A stretch of DNA of 18,021 bases. Origin: Fidelibacterota bacterium. GTDB lineage: Bacteria; Fidelibacterota; Marinisomatia; Marinisomatales; S15-B10. The notes below the pieces were generated by a model. It ran no database searches. It was not told where the DNA came from and saw nothing but the letters and a program-made list of their open reading frames with translations. Within the stretch, counting starts at the first letter, position 1; the number at the start of each line of letters is the position of its first letter. Shown one piece after another: positions 1 through 7,249 of the stretch. A program made the translations under genes and the position numbers. The stretch lies in contig JBHIAI010000026.1 of NCBI GenBank assembly GCA_046861655.1, positions 1-18,021 of the forward strand, read 5' to 3'.

Positions 1-27
1 GCCTTGGCGGGACGACCCCTCGCCGTG

Positions 28-100
<73 letters not shown>

Positions 101-178
101 TTCTCAAGGTTGACAGTTGGCAGTTCGCACCCAGGAATACCCATTGCGAATGACGAATTACATTCCGCCAGTCGAGCG

Positions 179-207
179 AATTTAGATGCAACAACGTGAT
201 ATTGCAA
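179..207 (-). promoter_or_regulatory. Putative sigma70-type promoter for tRNA-Ala
   Basis: Minus strand TTGCAA (207-202), 17-nt spacer, TAAATT (184-179), about 80 nt upstream of the tRNA 5' end. Confidence 0.55.
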
Positions 208-349
208 GCCACAACAGGGGGTTTCCAGAGGAGTTTACCCCGCCCTGTCAATTACCCTTTGTTTATTCACGATTCTGTGTGCAGGTTGTAAGGGTGGAAA
301 CAAACTGTTATTGGAAAAACGTAATCCAATAACCGAAAGGAGTTTCGTC

Positions 350-886
350 TTGCTACGGTCGATAAAGCTTGGATTGGTGCTCCCTCTGCTCATGGGATGG
401 CTGCTGATTCATGGTTGCGCGAAAGAAGAAGCGGCGTCCGTGGAGAAAGGAGGCAAGAAAATGGTCGTGAAAGAAGGGGACAGAGTGCAGGTGTTGTATG
501 AAGGCACGCTGAATGACGGAACTGTCTTCGATAAATCCGAACCGGGAGAACCCCTGGAATTCACGGTTGGGGGTGGACAGATAATACCGGGTTTTGAACA
601 AGCGGTAAGAGGAATGAAACAGGATGAGGAAAAGAAGGTAACCATTAAGCCCGAAGACGCTTATGGAGACCGGAATGAGTCTTTGATCAGGGAGTTTCCC
701 AGGAGTTCTCTTCCCGCCGGTTTCAAAGCCGAAAAGGGGATGGTGATCAGGTTGCAGGATCCACAGGGAAGAGCCGTACCGGCAACCATCACGGATATCG
801 GTGAGGAAAACCTCACCATCGACCTGAATCACCCCCTGGCAGGGGAGGAGTTAACGTTCGATATTACCGTCGTCAAGATTGAGTGA
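350..886 (+). CDS. FKBP-type peptidyl-prolyl cis-trans isomerase (SlyD/SlpA-like, no His-rich tail), with a predicted lipoprotein signal
   Basis: Motifs GDRVQVLYEGTLNDGTVFD, GQIIPGFEQAV, PEDAYG, IDLNHPLAGEELTF. TTG350 follows AAAGGAG and gives MLRSIKLGLVLPLLMGWLLIHG-C (lipobox-like). A second in-frame ATG461 has its own AAAGGAGG. Confidence 0.92.
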   Translation: MLRSIKLGLVLPLLMGWLLIHGCAKEEAASVEKGGKKMVVKEGDRVQVLYEGTLNDGTVFDKSEPGEPLEFTVGGGQIIPGFEQAVRGMKQDEEKKVTIKPEDAYGDRNESLIREFPRSSLPAGFKAEKGMVIRLQDPQGRAVPATITDIGEENLTIDLNHPLAGEELTFDITVVKIE

Positions 887-1008
887 GCGGGTCCACAGGA
901 CCCCCATCGTGCCAGCCCCCCGACACAATCACCGGGAGAATCCCACCGATGCTCGTAGTCCGGAGAACGGAAATGTGATGTCGTTCTAATCCCCGGCATC
1001 AGGACTGA

Positions 1009-1407
1009 ATGGCGACCAACAGAATATACAAAAACCTGGGGCTGGCCTTTCTTTACCAGGCTATGGTATCCCTTATTTCCTTATCCCTTATCCTCTACGT
1101 GAGTCCCGCTGGAATCCTAGCCCTTGCCGGAGTGGGCTTACGACCCCTGATCATGAAAAAGCGGGACGTCGAACCAGAACACTGGCCCTGGCACATTTTC
1201 TACTGGGTGGGAAAGATGGCTCTGATTATCACAGGAATCAGTCTGGTTGTGATGTTCCTCTTCTTCCAGCTGTGGGACGTGGAGGCCATTTTCCCAGGTC
1301 TAAGGAAGAGCGGACCTCTCTTCGCACTGCCTTTTTTCCTTTTCATCCATGGCCTGCTTGGAACGGCGTTACGGGATACCTTAACCGGGAGGATGGGGAA
1401 ACGTTAG
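1009..1407 (+). CDS. Hypothetical small integral membrane protein (about 4 hydrophobic segments)
   Basis: 132-aa ORF with AGGA upstream of ATG1009 and several long hydrophobic stretches; no family recognised. Confidence 0.65.
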   Translation: MATNRIYKNLGLAFLYQAMVSLISLSLILYVSPAGILALAGVGLRPLIMKKRDVEPEHWPWHIFYWVGKMALIITGISLVVMFLFFQLWDVEAIFPGLRKSGPLFALPFFLFIHGLLGTALRDTLTGRMGKR

Positions 1408-1603
1408 GCAGGCTTCCGGAAGAAGTTTCGGTTCGATAATCGCTGCACTTGTTGGAATACCTGAGTATTTCTTGAAAGGCTCTAGCTGCCCTGAAAAGAG
1501 GAGGACATCTGGCGCGGAGTCCGGTGCAGCAATGGGGCCCGCACGTTCGTTCGGCATGATGTTCTGATACGGCCGGGATCGAGTACCCGTTGAGGAGGTA
1601 GGC

Positions 1604-2290
1604 GTGAGTTCCGTACAAATGGTTGTCGAAACTTTGAAATCGGAGGCGAGACCGGACCAGGTTAAGGGGATGGCACGTTTCGGAATGGCAGCGGAAGGGA
1701 GGCTGGGGATAGCCGTTCCGGTCTTACGGAGACTAGCCAAGGGGTTAGGGAAGGATCATCAGCTTGCACTGGGGCTGTGGAAAACGGGAATTCCCGAAGC
1801 CAGAATCCTGGCCTCCATGATCGATGAACCTGAAAAACTGACCGACAAACAGATGGAAAGCTGGGTGAAGGATTTCAACTCCTGGGACGTCTGCGATCAA
1901 ACCTGCATGACTCTTTTCGATAAATCCCCGCTGGCCTGGAAGAAAGTCCTGGAGTGGGCGGAGAGGGAAGAAGAATTTGTGAAACGGGCTGCTTTCGCCC
2001 TGATCGCTTGCCTGGCTTGGCACGATAAGGATCGGGATGACGAGGACTTCTTGAGGCTTCTTCCTATGATCAAGCGGGAATCCATAGATCCGAGAAACTT
2101 CGTTAAGAAAGCCGTGAACTGGGCCCTGAGGCAGATAGGAAAGCGGAACCAAGAACTGAATCAGGCGGCCATCAAGACGGGGAAAGAAATCCAGCAGGTC
2201 GATTCCAAAACCGCCCGATGGATCGCTTCCAATGCCCTCCGGGAACTGGAAGGTGCGGCGGTTCGGAAAAGGTTTGAGAACCCAGGTTGA
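1604..2290 (+). CDS. DNA alkylation repair protein, AlkD-like HEAT-repeat family
   Basis: GAGGAGG precedes GTG1604. Motifs GIAVPVLR, EARILA, FNSWDVCD, EEFVKRAAF, DPRNFVKKAVNWALRQIGKRN. Confidence 0.88.
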   Translation: MSSVQMVVETLKSEARPDQVKGMARFGMAAEGRLGIAVPVLRRLAKGLGKDHQLALGLWKTGIPEARILASMIDEPEKLTDKQMESWVKDFNSWDVCDQTCMTLFDKSPLAWKKVLEWAEREEEFVKRAAFALIACLAWHDKDRDDEDFLRLLPMIKRESIDPRNFVKKAVNWALRQIGKRNQELNQAAIKTGKEIQQVDSKTARWIASNALRELEGAAVRKRFENPG

Positions 2291-2319
2291 TGGACTGTGT
2301 CTGACAAAAGGAGGTCCGA

Positions 2320-2556
2320 ATGAATGGTGAAAAAGTAATCCTTTACACCCAGCCAGGCTGACTCTTTTGTGGTCAGGAGAAAGCGTGGCTTTCTGAAAAA
2401 GGTGTTGGTTTCGAAGAAAGGAACATCCTTGAGGATCCGAATTCGATGCAGGAACTTCAGCGGCTGGGGGTTTTCTCAACCCCGGCCACAGTGATTGGCG
2501 AGCAGTTAGTGGTGGGCTTCAACCGGGAGAAACTGAAAGAGCTCCTCGGTATTTAG
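2320..2556 (+). CDS. Glutaredoxin/NrdH-like redoxin with UxxC motif (probable selenoprotein, TGA at 2359-2361 read as Sec)
   Basis: AAAAGGAGG precedes ATG2320. Translation MNGEKVILYTQPG-U-LFCGQEKAWLSEKGVGFEERNILEDPNSMQELQRLGVFSTPATVIGEQLVVGFNREKLKELLGI* (78 aa). The glutaredoxin-like pattern continues on both sides of the TGA, including the STP cis-Pro motif and VVGF. Absent from the ORF track. Confidence 0.88.
2362..2401 (+). promoter_or_regulatory. Putative bacterial SECIS stem-loop
   Basis: Upper stem AGAAAGC (2378-2384)/GCTTTCT (2388-2394) with apical loop GTG starting 23 nt after the UGA. Lower pairing TC/GA and CTTTT (2364-2368)/AAAAG (2397-2401). Confidence 0.65.
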
Positions 2557-2604
2557 GCAGATGGCTGTTCATCGTCCGATCGAGGTGGTAGCCGCTACTG
2601 CCTG

Positions 2605-3015
2605 ATGTGGAGAACTTTGTCCAAAGAATCCGCCCATAACAATAGGATACAGCCGTCACCCAGGGTCACCCACCTCTCCTGGGGACGGGTGGAAGTGGAG
2701 GGCCGGGAAGGGCCCTACAAGGACGCAAAACTCTATCCTGGGGGATCCAGGGAATGGGACTGGAACGAAACGGGAACCCATCACGTGCCGGGTACTCAAC
2801 CGGCCGATGTCCAGGAACTCCTTGATCACGGTGCCCGGGTCATTATCCTTTCCCGGGGCATGCTCCGGCGACTTCAGGTGCATCCCGACACGGTGAAAAT
2901 GCTCGAAGACAGAAGCATCACCCTCCACGTCCTCCAGACCGAAAAGGCCGTCCGGCTGTACAATGACCTCAGGGAATCCACGCCGTTGGGAGCACTGTTC
3001 CACTCCACCTGTTGA
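2605..3015 (+). CDS. Mth938-like domain protein (AAMDC family); start may be TTG2617
   Basis: Motifs LSWG, YKDAKLYPGGSREWDWNETGTHHVPG, QTEKAVRLYN and C-terminal FHSTC match the AAMDC/Mth938 family as I recall it. GGAG precedes TTG2617. Confidence 0.88.
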   Translation: MWRTLSKESAHNNRIQPSPRVTHLSWGRVEVEGREGPYKDAKLYPGGSREWDWNETGTHHVPGTQPADVQELLDHGARVIILSRGMLRRLQVHPDTVKMLEDRSITLHVLQTEKAVRLYNDLRESTPLGALFHSTC

Positions 3016-3020
3016 GATAG

Positions 3021-3184
3021 TGGGGTCACATCTTAAATATTAAGTGTTTGCCTTTCGATCCACTTCAACCCGCTATCGTGTGGGAAAAGTCCGCCTTTGA
3101 ACAGCCGCCCGACAAGTCAATTACTTGCCGTGATTCAATGAAATCTTTTTGGAACGAAAACTTAATATTTAAGATGTGACCCCA
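3021..3184. mobile_element. 164-bp MITE/REP-like non-coding element bounded by perfect 25-bp inverted repeats
   Basis: TGGGGTCACATCTTAAATATTAAGT (3021-3045) is the exact reverse complement of ACTTAATATTTAAGATGTGACCCCA (3160-3184). AT-rich relative to flanking genes, no transposase. The repeat is directly visible; mobility is inferred. Confidence 0.65.
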
Positions 3185-3192
3185 AGAGTTCC

Positions 3193-3222
3193 TTGCATCT
3201 GAACCCTCGATTCGGGTAACTT
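3193..3222 (+). promoter_or_regulatory. Putative promoter of the pruA-arcE-arcC-sucCD-ndk operon
   Basis: TTGCAT (3193-3198), 18 nt, TAACTT (3217-3222). Same architecture and the same GGGTAACTTTTCG context as the yceD promoter. Confidence 0.55.
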
Positions 3223-3287
3223 TTCGTTCGTTTTTCTCCCGTCAAACCCTGTCAAATGTCAGGAGACATTCCTAAAGGACTCCCATC

Positions 3288-4934
3288 ATGAATAATGCCA
3301 AGGTTCGGGTACCGCCCCCCGCCAATGAGCCCATAAAATCCTACGCCCCGGGCACACCGGAAAGGGATGCGTTAAGATCCAAGCTGACAGAGCTCCGGTC
3401 CGAGGAAATTGAAATCCCCCTGATTATCGGCGACCGGGAAGTGAGAACAGGCAACGTGGCGACCTGTGTCATGCCGCACAGTCACCGCCATGTTCTGGCC
3501 CGATACCACCAGGCTGGTGACCGGGAAGTACACATGGCCATAGAGACGGCACTGGATGCCTGGAAGGGGTGGTCCACCACACCGTGGGAATCCCGGATCG
3601 CGGTGTTCAAACGGATGGCCGCACTCCTGGAGGGACCCTATCGCTTCCTACTGAACGCTGCCGCCATGCTGAACCTGAGCAAGAACGTGTTTCAGGCCGA
3701 AATCGATTCAGCCTGTGAGATGATCGATATGTGGAATTTCAACGCCCGGTACGCTCAGGAACTTTACGAGCAGCAGCCCCCCCTTTCCCCCCCACCCACA
3801 TGGAACGTGGTTGAGAATCGACCCCTGGAGGGCTTTGTTTTTGCCATCAGTCCGTTCAATTTCGTCTCCATCGCTGGAAACTTGCCCACGGCGCCGGCAC
3901 TGATGGGAAATGTGATCCTATGGAAACCGGCCCCAAACGCTGTCTATCCTGCCTATTATCTCACCCGATTGTTCAAGGAAGCCGGCCTCCCTGACGGGGT
4001 GATCAATTTCATACCCGGACCGGCGGCTCAGGTTGGCAGTCAGGTCCTGTCAGATCCCCATCTCGCAGGTGTCCATTTTACCGGGTCCACGGCAACGTTT
4101 CAGACCCTGTGGAAAACGGTTTCCACACACCTTGAGACGTACAGGAATTACCCCCGGGTTGTGGGTGAGACGGGCGGAAAGAATTTTTGCCTGGTCCACG
4201 AATCCGCTGACAGGGATGCCCTGATCGCGGCCATGATTCGGGGTGCGTTCGAATATCAGGGACAGAAATGCTCGGCTGTTTCCAGAGCCTACATTCCCAT
4301 CCCCTTGTGGAAAGAGATCAAGGATACCTACCTGGATCAGGTTACCTCCATCAAGATGGGCGATGTGGAGGACTTCGCCAACTTCATGAATGCTGTGATT
4401 GACGAAAAAGCTTTCAAGAAAATCACCGGGTACATTGAGTGGGCAAGAAAATCAAAAGAGTGTGAATTCCTCACAGGAGGAGGTTACGATGATTCTGAAG
4501 GGTACTTTGTGGAGCCCACCACGATCGTCACCACCGATCCCCATTCGAGAATCATGGAAGAAGAGATTTTCGGTCCAGTGGTGACCCTGTACCTCTACGA
4601 CCCCAACCACTGGGAAGAGACTGTCCATCTGGTGGATCAGACTTCCCGCTACGGACTGACCGGGGCGGTCTTTGCCAGAGACCGCAACGCCGTCGACGAG
4701 GCCTCACGCATCCTAAGGCACGCCGCGGGGAACTTCTACGTTAACGACAAGCCCACGGGGGCGGTGGTTGGACAGCAGCCCTTTGGCGGGAGCCGGAGAT
4801 CGGGCACCAATGACAAAGCCGGGTCCATGCTCAATCTGTCAAGATGGGTCACCCAGAGAGTCATCAAGGAAAACTTCGATCCCCCCCGGGGTTTTCGCTA
4901 TCCCTTCATGGACCCGGAAGTGGTCAACACGTAA
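3288..4934 (+). CDS. pruA: L-glutamate gamma-semialdehyde (1-pyrroline-5-carboxylate) dehydrogenase
   Basis: ALDH motifs NEPIKSYAPG, QAEIDSACE, ISPFNF, FTGST, GETGGKNF (catalytic Glu), FEYQGQKCSA (catalytic Cys), EEIFGPV, NDKPTGAVVGQQPFGGSRRSGTNDKAGS. Confidence 0.96.
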   Translation: MNNAKVRVPPPANEPIKSYAPGTPERDALRSKLTELRSEEIEIPLIIGDREVRTGNVATCVMPHSHRHVLARYHQAGDREVHMAIETALDAWKGWSTTPWESRIAVFKRMAALLEGPYRFLLNAAAMLNLSKNVFQAEIDSACEMIDMWNFNARYAQELYEQQPPLSPPPTWNVVENRPLEGFVFAISPFNFVSIAGNLPTAPALMGNVILWKPAPNAVYPAYYLTRLFKEAGLPDGVINFIPGPAAQVGSQVLSDPHLAGVHFTGSTATFQTLWKTVSTHLETYRNYPRVVGETGGKNFCLVHESADRDALIAAMIRGAFEYQGQKCSAVSRAYIPIPLWKEIKDTYLDQVTSIKMGDVEDFANFMNAVIDEKAFKKITGYIEWARKSKECEFLTGGGYDDSEGYFVEPTTIVTTDPHSRIMEEEIFGPVVTLYLYDPNHWEETVHLVDQTSRYGLTGAVFARDRNAVDEASRILRHAAGNFYVNDKPTGAVVGQQPFGGSRRSGTNDKAGSMLNLSRWVTQRVIKENFDPPRGFRYPFMDPEVVNT

Positions 4935-4961
4935 CTTTCCTGATCGCCGTATGGAGATAAC

Positions 4962-6278
4962 ATGAACACAACCCGCATTCTCATCATGGGTGCAGCCGGC
5001 CGGGATTTCCACAATTTCAACACCGTATTCCGGGATAATCCCCATGTGGAGGTGGTGGCGTTTACGGCCACCCAGATTCCCAACATAGAGGGTCGCACAT
5101 ACCCCCCTGAACTGTCGGGAAAGCGTTATCCGGAAGGGGTTCCCATTCACCCTGAGGAGAATCTTTCTTCCCTGATTGACGAGCTTCAAGTCGACACGGT
5201 GGTATTCTCCTACAGTGATGTGTCCCACGAATACGTCATGCACAAAGCCTCGGAAGTCATCAAGGCCGGGGCCGATTTCACCCTGCTGGGGGGACTCAAG
5301 ACCATGATTCCATCCCGGCGGCCGGTGGTGGCGGTAGGAGCGGTGCGGACAGGGTCGGGAAAGAGTCAGACCACCCGACGCGTAGCCAGAATCCTGAGAG
5401 AATCCGGCAAACGAGTGGTGGTGATCCGTCACCCCATGCCATACGGGGATCTTGTCACTCAAAGGGTTCAACGGTTCGCCACCCTCCAGGACATGGAAAA
5501 TCAGAACTGCACTATCGAGGAAATGGAGGAGTATGAGCCCCACCTGGTCCAGGGATCCGTAGTGTACGCGGGCATCGATTATCAGGCCATTCTGCACCGG
5601 GCGGAAAGGGAAGCCGACATCGTCCTGTGGGACGGAGGCAATAATGATCTTCCCTTCTACAGGCCCGATCTGTTCATCGTTGTGGTGGATCCCCATCGTC
5701 CGGGTCATGAAGTCCGGTACCATCCGGGAGAGACCAATCTTCGCCTGGCGGACGTGGTGGTCATAAACAAAATGAACACAGCCGCTCCAGAAGACGTTGA
5801 AACCGTCCGGCAGAACATCATGAGAGTTAACCCGGAGGCCACGGTCATCGACGCTGCCTCGCCGGTCTCGGTGGACAACCCAACAGCCATTGAAGGCAAG
5901 CGTGTGCTGGTGGTAGAAGACGGCCCCACCCTGACGCACGGTGAAATGACCTACGGGGCGGGAACGGTGGCGGCCAACACTTACGGAGCCCGGGAGATCG
6001 TGGATCCGCGGCCCTGGACCACGGGTTCCATACGCGATACGTTTGAGGCCTATCCCAAGATCGGTCACCTCCTGCCAGCCATGGGGTACGGGGAACGGCA
6101 GATCGAAGATCTTGAGATCACCATCAACTCGGCGGAATGTGACCTCGTCATTATCGGTACGCCCGTCGATCTGAGACGAATCATGGATATCAAGAAGCCC
6201 ACGGTACGGGTCACCTACGAGCTGGAGGAGTTGACCCAGCCCGATCTCGAAGCCGTTCTCAAGAGGGTACTGGAATGA
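4962..6278 (+). CDS. arcE: COG2403 P-loop protein (cyclic 2,3-diphosphoglycerate synthetase-like); probable arginine synthetase
   Basis: N-terminus IMGAAGRDFHNFN and VVAFTATQIP, P-loop AVRTGSGKSQT, RHPMPYG, TIEEMEEYEPH, WDGGNND, EDGPTLTHG, PAMGY. Translationally coupled to carbamate kinase. The ArcE assignment rests on family recall and context. Confidence 0.8.
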   Translation: MNTTRILIMGAAGRDFHNFNTVFRDNPHVEVVAFTATQIPNIEGRTYPPELSGKRYPEGVPIHPEENLSSLIDELQVDTVVFSYSDVSHEYVMHKASEVIKAGADFTLLGGLKTMIPSRRPVVAVGAVRTGSGKSQTTRRVARILRESGKRVVVIRHPMPYGDLVTQRVQRFATLQDMENQNCTIEEMEEYEPHLVQGSVVYAGIDYQAILHRAEREADIVLWDGGNNDLPFYRPDLFIVVVDPHRPGHEVRYHPGETNLRLADVVVINKMNTAAPEDVETVRQNIMRVNPEATVIDAASPVSVDNPTAIEGKRVLVVEDGPTLTHGEMTYGAGTVAANTYGAREIVDPRPWTTGSIRDTFEAYPKIGHLLPAMGYGERQIEDLEITINSAECDLVIIGTPVDLRRIMDIKKPTVRVTYELEELTQPDLEAVLKRVLE

Positions 6279-7249
6279 CCCGGGAAGGGGGTCAAGCCGC
6301 AGTGGTGGCTCTGGGAGGAAACGCCCTCTCACCCCGGGGAGAGCGGGACACCATTGCCAATCAGTTTGATCACACACGCCGCAGCCTGAGAGCCGTCGTT
6401 CACCTCATCCGCCAGGGCTACGAGCTCGTCATCACCCACGGAAACGGACCCCAGGTGGGCAATGCCCTGCTGAGAACTGAATTGACGGCCCACAAGGCTC
6501 CTCTCCTGCCTCTCGAGATCTGCGTTGCCGATGTGGAAGGGGGCATGGGATACATGATCCAGCAGGTCATTCATAATCTTCTGAAGGAATCGGGAATCGA
6601 GAAGGACGTAGTTACCGTCATCACCCAGGTTGTGGTGGACAAAGAGGATCCCGAGCTTAAGAAACCCACCAAATTCATCGGTCAGAGGTACGACGCGGCC
6701 TCCGCTGAACGGCTGGCCGAACGATTCGGCTGGAGAATCCAGGAAACTGCCCCGTCCGAATGGCGCCGGGTGGTTCCTTCACCAAATCCCCTGTCCACCG
6801 TGGAGGCCGATTCCATCCGGAAGCTGGTGAAGGCTGGAAAAATCGTCGTCGCCTCGGGCGGTGGCGGGATTCCGGTTTACCTGGGCAAGAACGGAGAGAT
6901 CAAAGGTCTGGACGGGGTGGTGGACAAAGATCTGGCGTCTGCCGTTCTCGCCCATGAGATTGAGGCCACTCAGCTTATCATTCTCACAGATGTCGACGGT
7001 GTCGCCCTCAATTTTGGAAAGAAGGATGAATCGTGGCTGAAGAGAATTTCCCCGGACCGGGCCCGGGAATACCTTGATCAGGGTCATTTCCCTCCTGGGT
7101 CCATGGGTCCCAAAATTGGGGCCGCCCTCAATTTCCTGGACAAAGGGGGAGAATCGGTTCTGATCTGCTCTGTAGACCACGTGAGCGAGGCGTTAAGGGG
7201 AGAGGCCGGTACTGTCATCGCCAGGAGCCTGCAGGCTCCTAGATCATGA
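6275..7249 (+). CDS. arcC: Carbamate kinase
   Basis: VVALGGNAL, ITHGNGPQVG, GMGYMIQ, PTKFIG, WRRVVPSP, GGGGIPV, VVDKDLAS, ILTDVD, GSMGPK. ATGA overlap with the upstream gene. Confidence 0.96.
   Translation: MTREGGQAAVVALGGNALSPRGERDTIANQFDHTRRSLRAVVHLIRQGYELVITHGNGPQVGNALLRTELTAHKAPLLPLEICVADVEGGMGYMIQQVIHNLLKESGIEKDVVTVITQVVVDKEDPELKKPTKFIGQRYDAASAERLAERFGWRIQETAPSEWRRVVPSPNPLSTVEADSIRKLVKAGKIVVASGGGGIPVYLGKNGEIKGLDGVVDKDLASAVLAHEIEATQLIILTDVDGVALNFGKKDESWLKRISPDRAREYLDQGHFPPGSMGPKIGAALNFLDKGGESVLICSVDHVSEALRGEAGTVIARSLQAPRS

Noticed and set aside
889..903. GGGTCC-ACA-GGACCC hairpin after the FKBP stop
   Set aside because: No U-tract follows, so it cannot be supported as an intrinsic terminator.
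1497..1559. Orphan SD-like AAGAGGAGG followed by a 16-codon CTG-started ORF
   Set aside because: Non-canonical start too close to the SD, no homology recognised, and no riboswitch consensus seen in 1408-1603.
3010..3036. TGT-TGA at the end of the AAMDC gene as a possible Cys-Sec read-through
   Set aside because: The family normally ends at HSTC. Read-through adds only 6 residues derived largely from the inverted repeat, and I found no local SECIS-like hairpin.
3150..3173. TGGAACGAAAACT...TTAAG resembles the inner part of the Tn3 38-bp inverted repeat
   Set aside because: It is in the wrong orientation relative to the GGGG end, the repeat is only 25 bp, and there is no 5-bp target duplication (ATAGT vs AAGAG). 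Probably coincidental.
4839..6377. 512-aa antisense ORF, plus other long minus-strand ORFs (1745-2479, 7084-7923, 12627-13571, 14847-15683)
   Set aside because: They lie opposite well-supported genes, have no recognisable motifs, and are typical shadow ORFs of GC-rich coding DNA.
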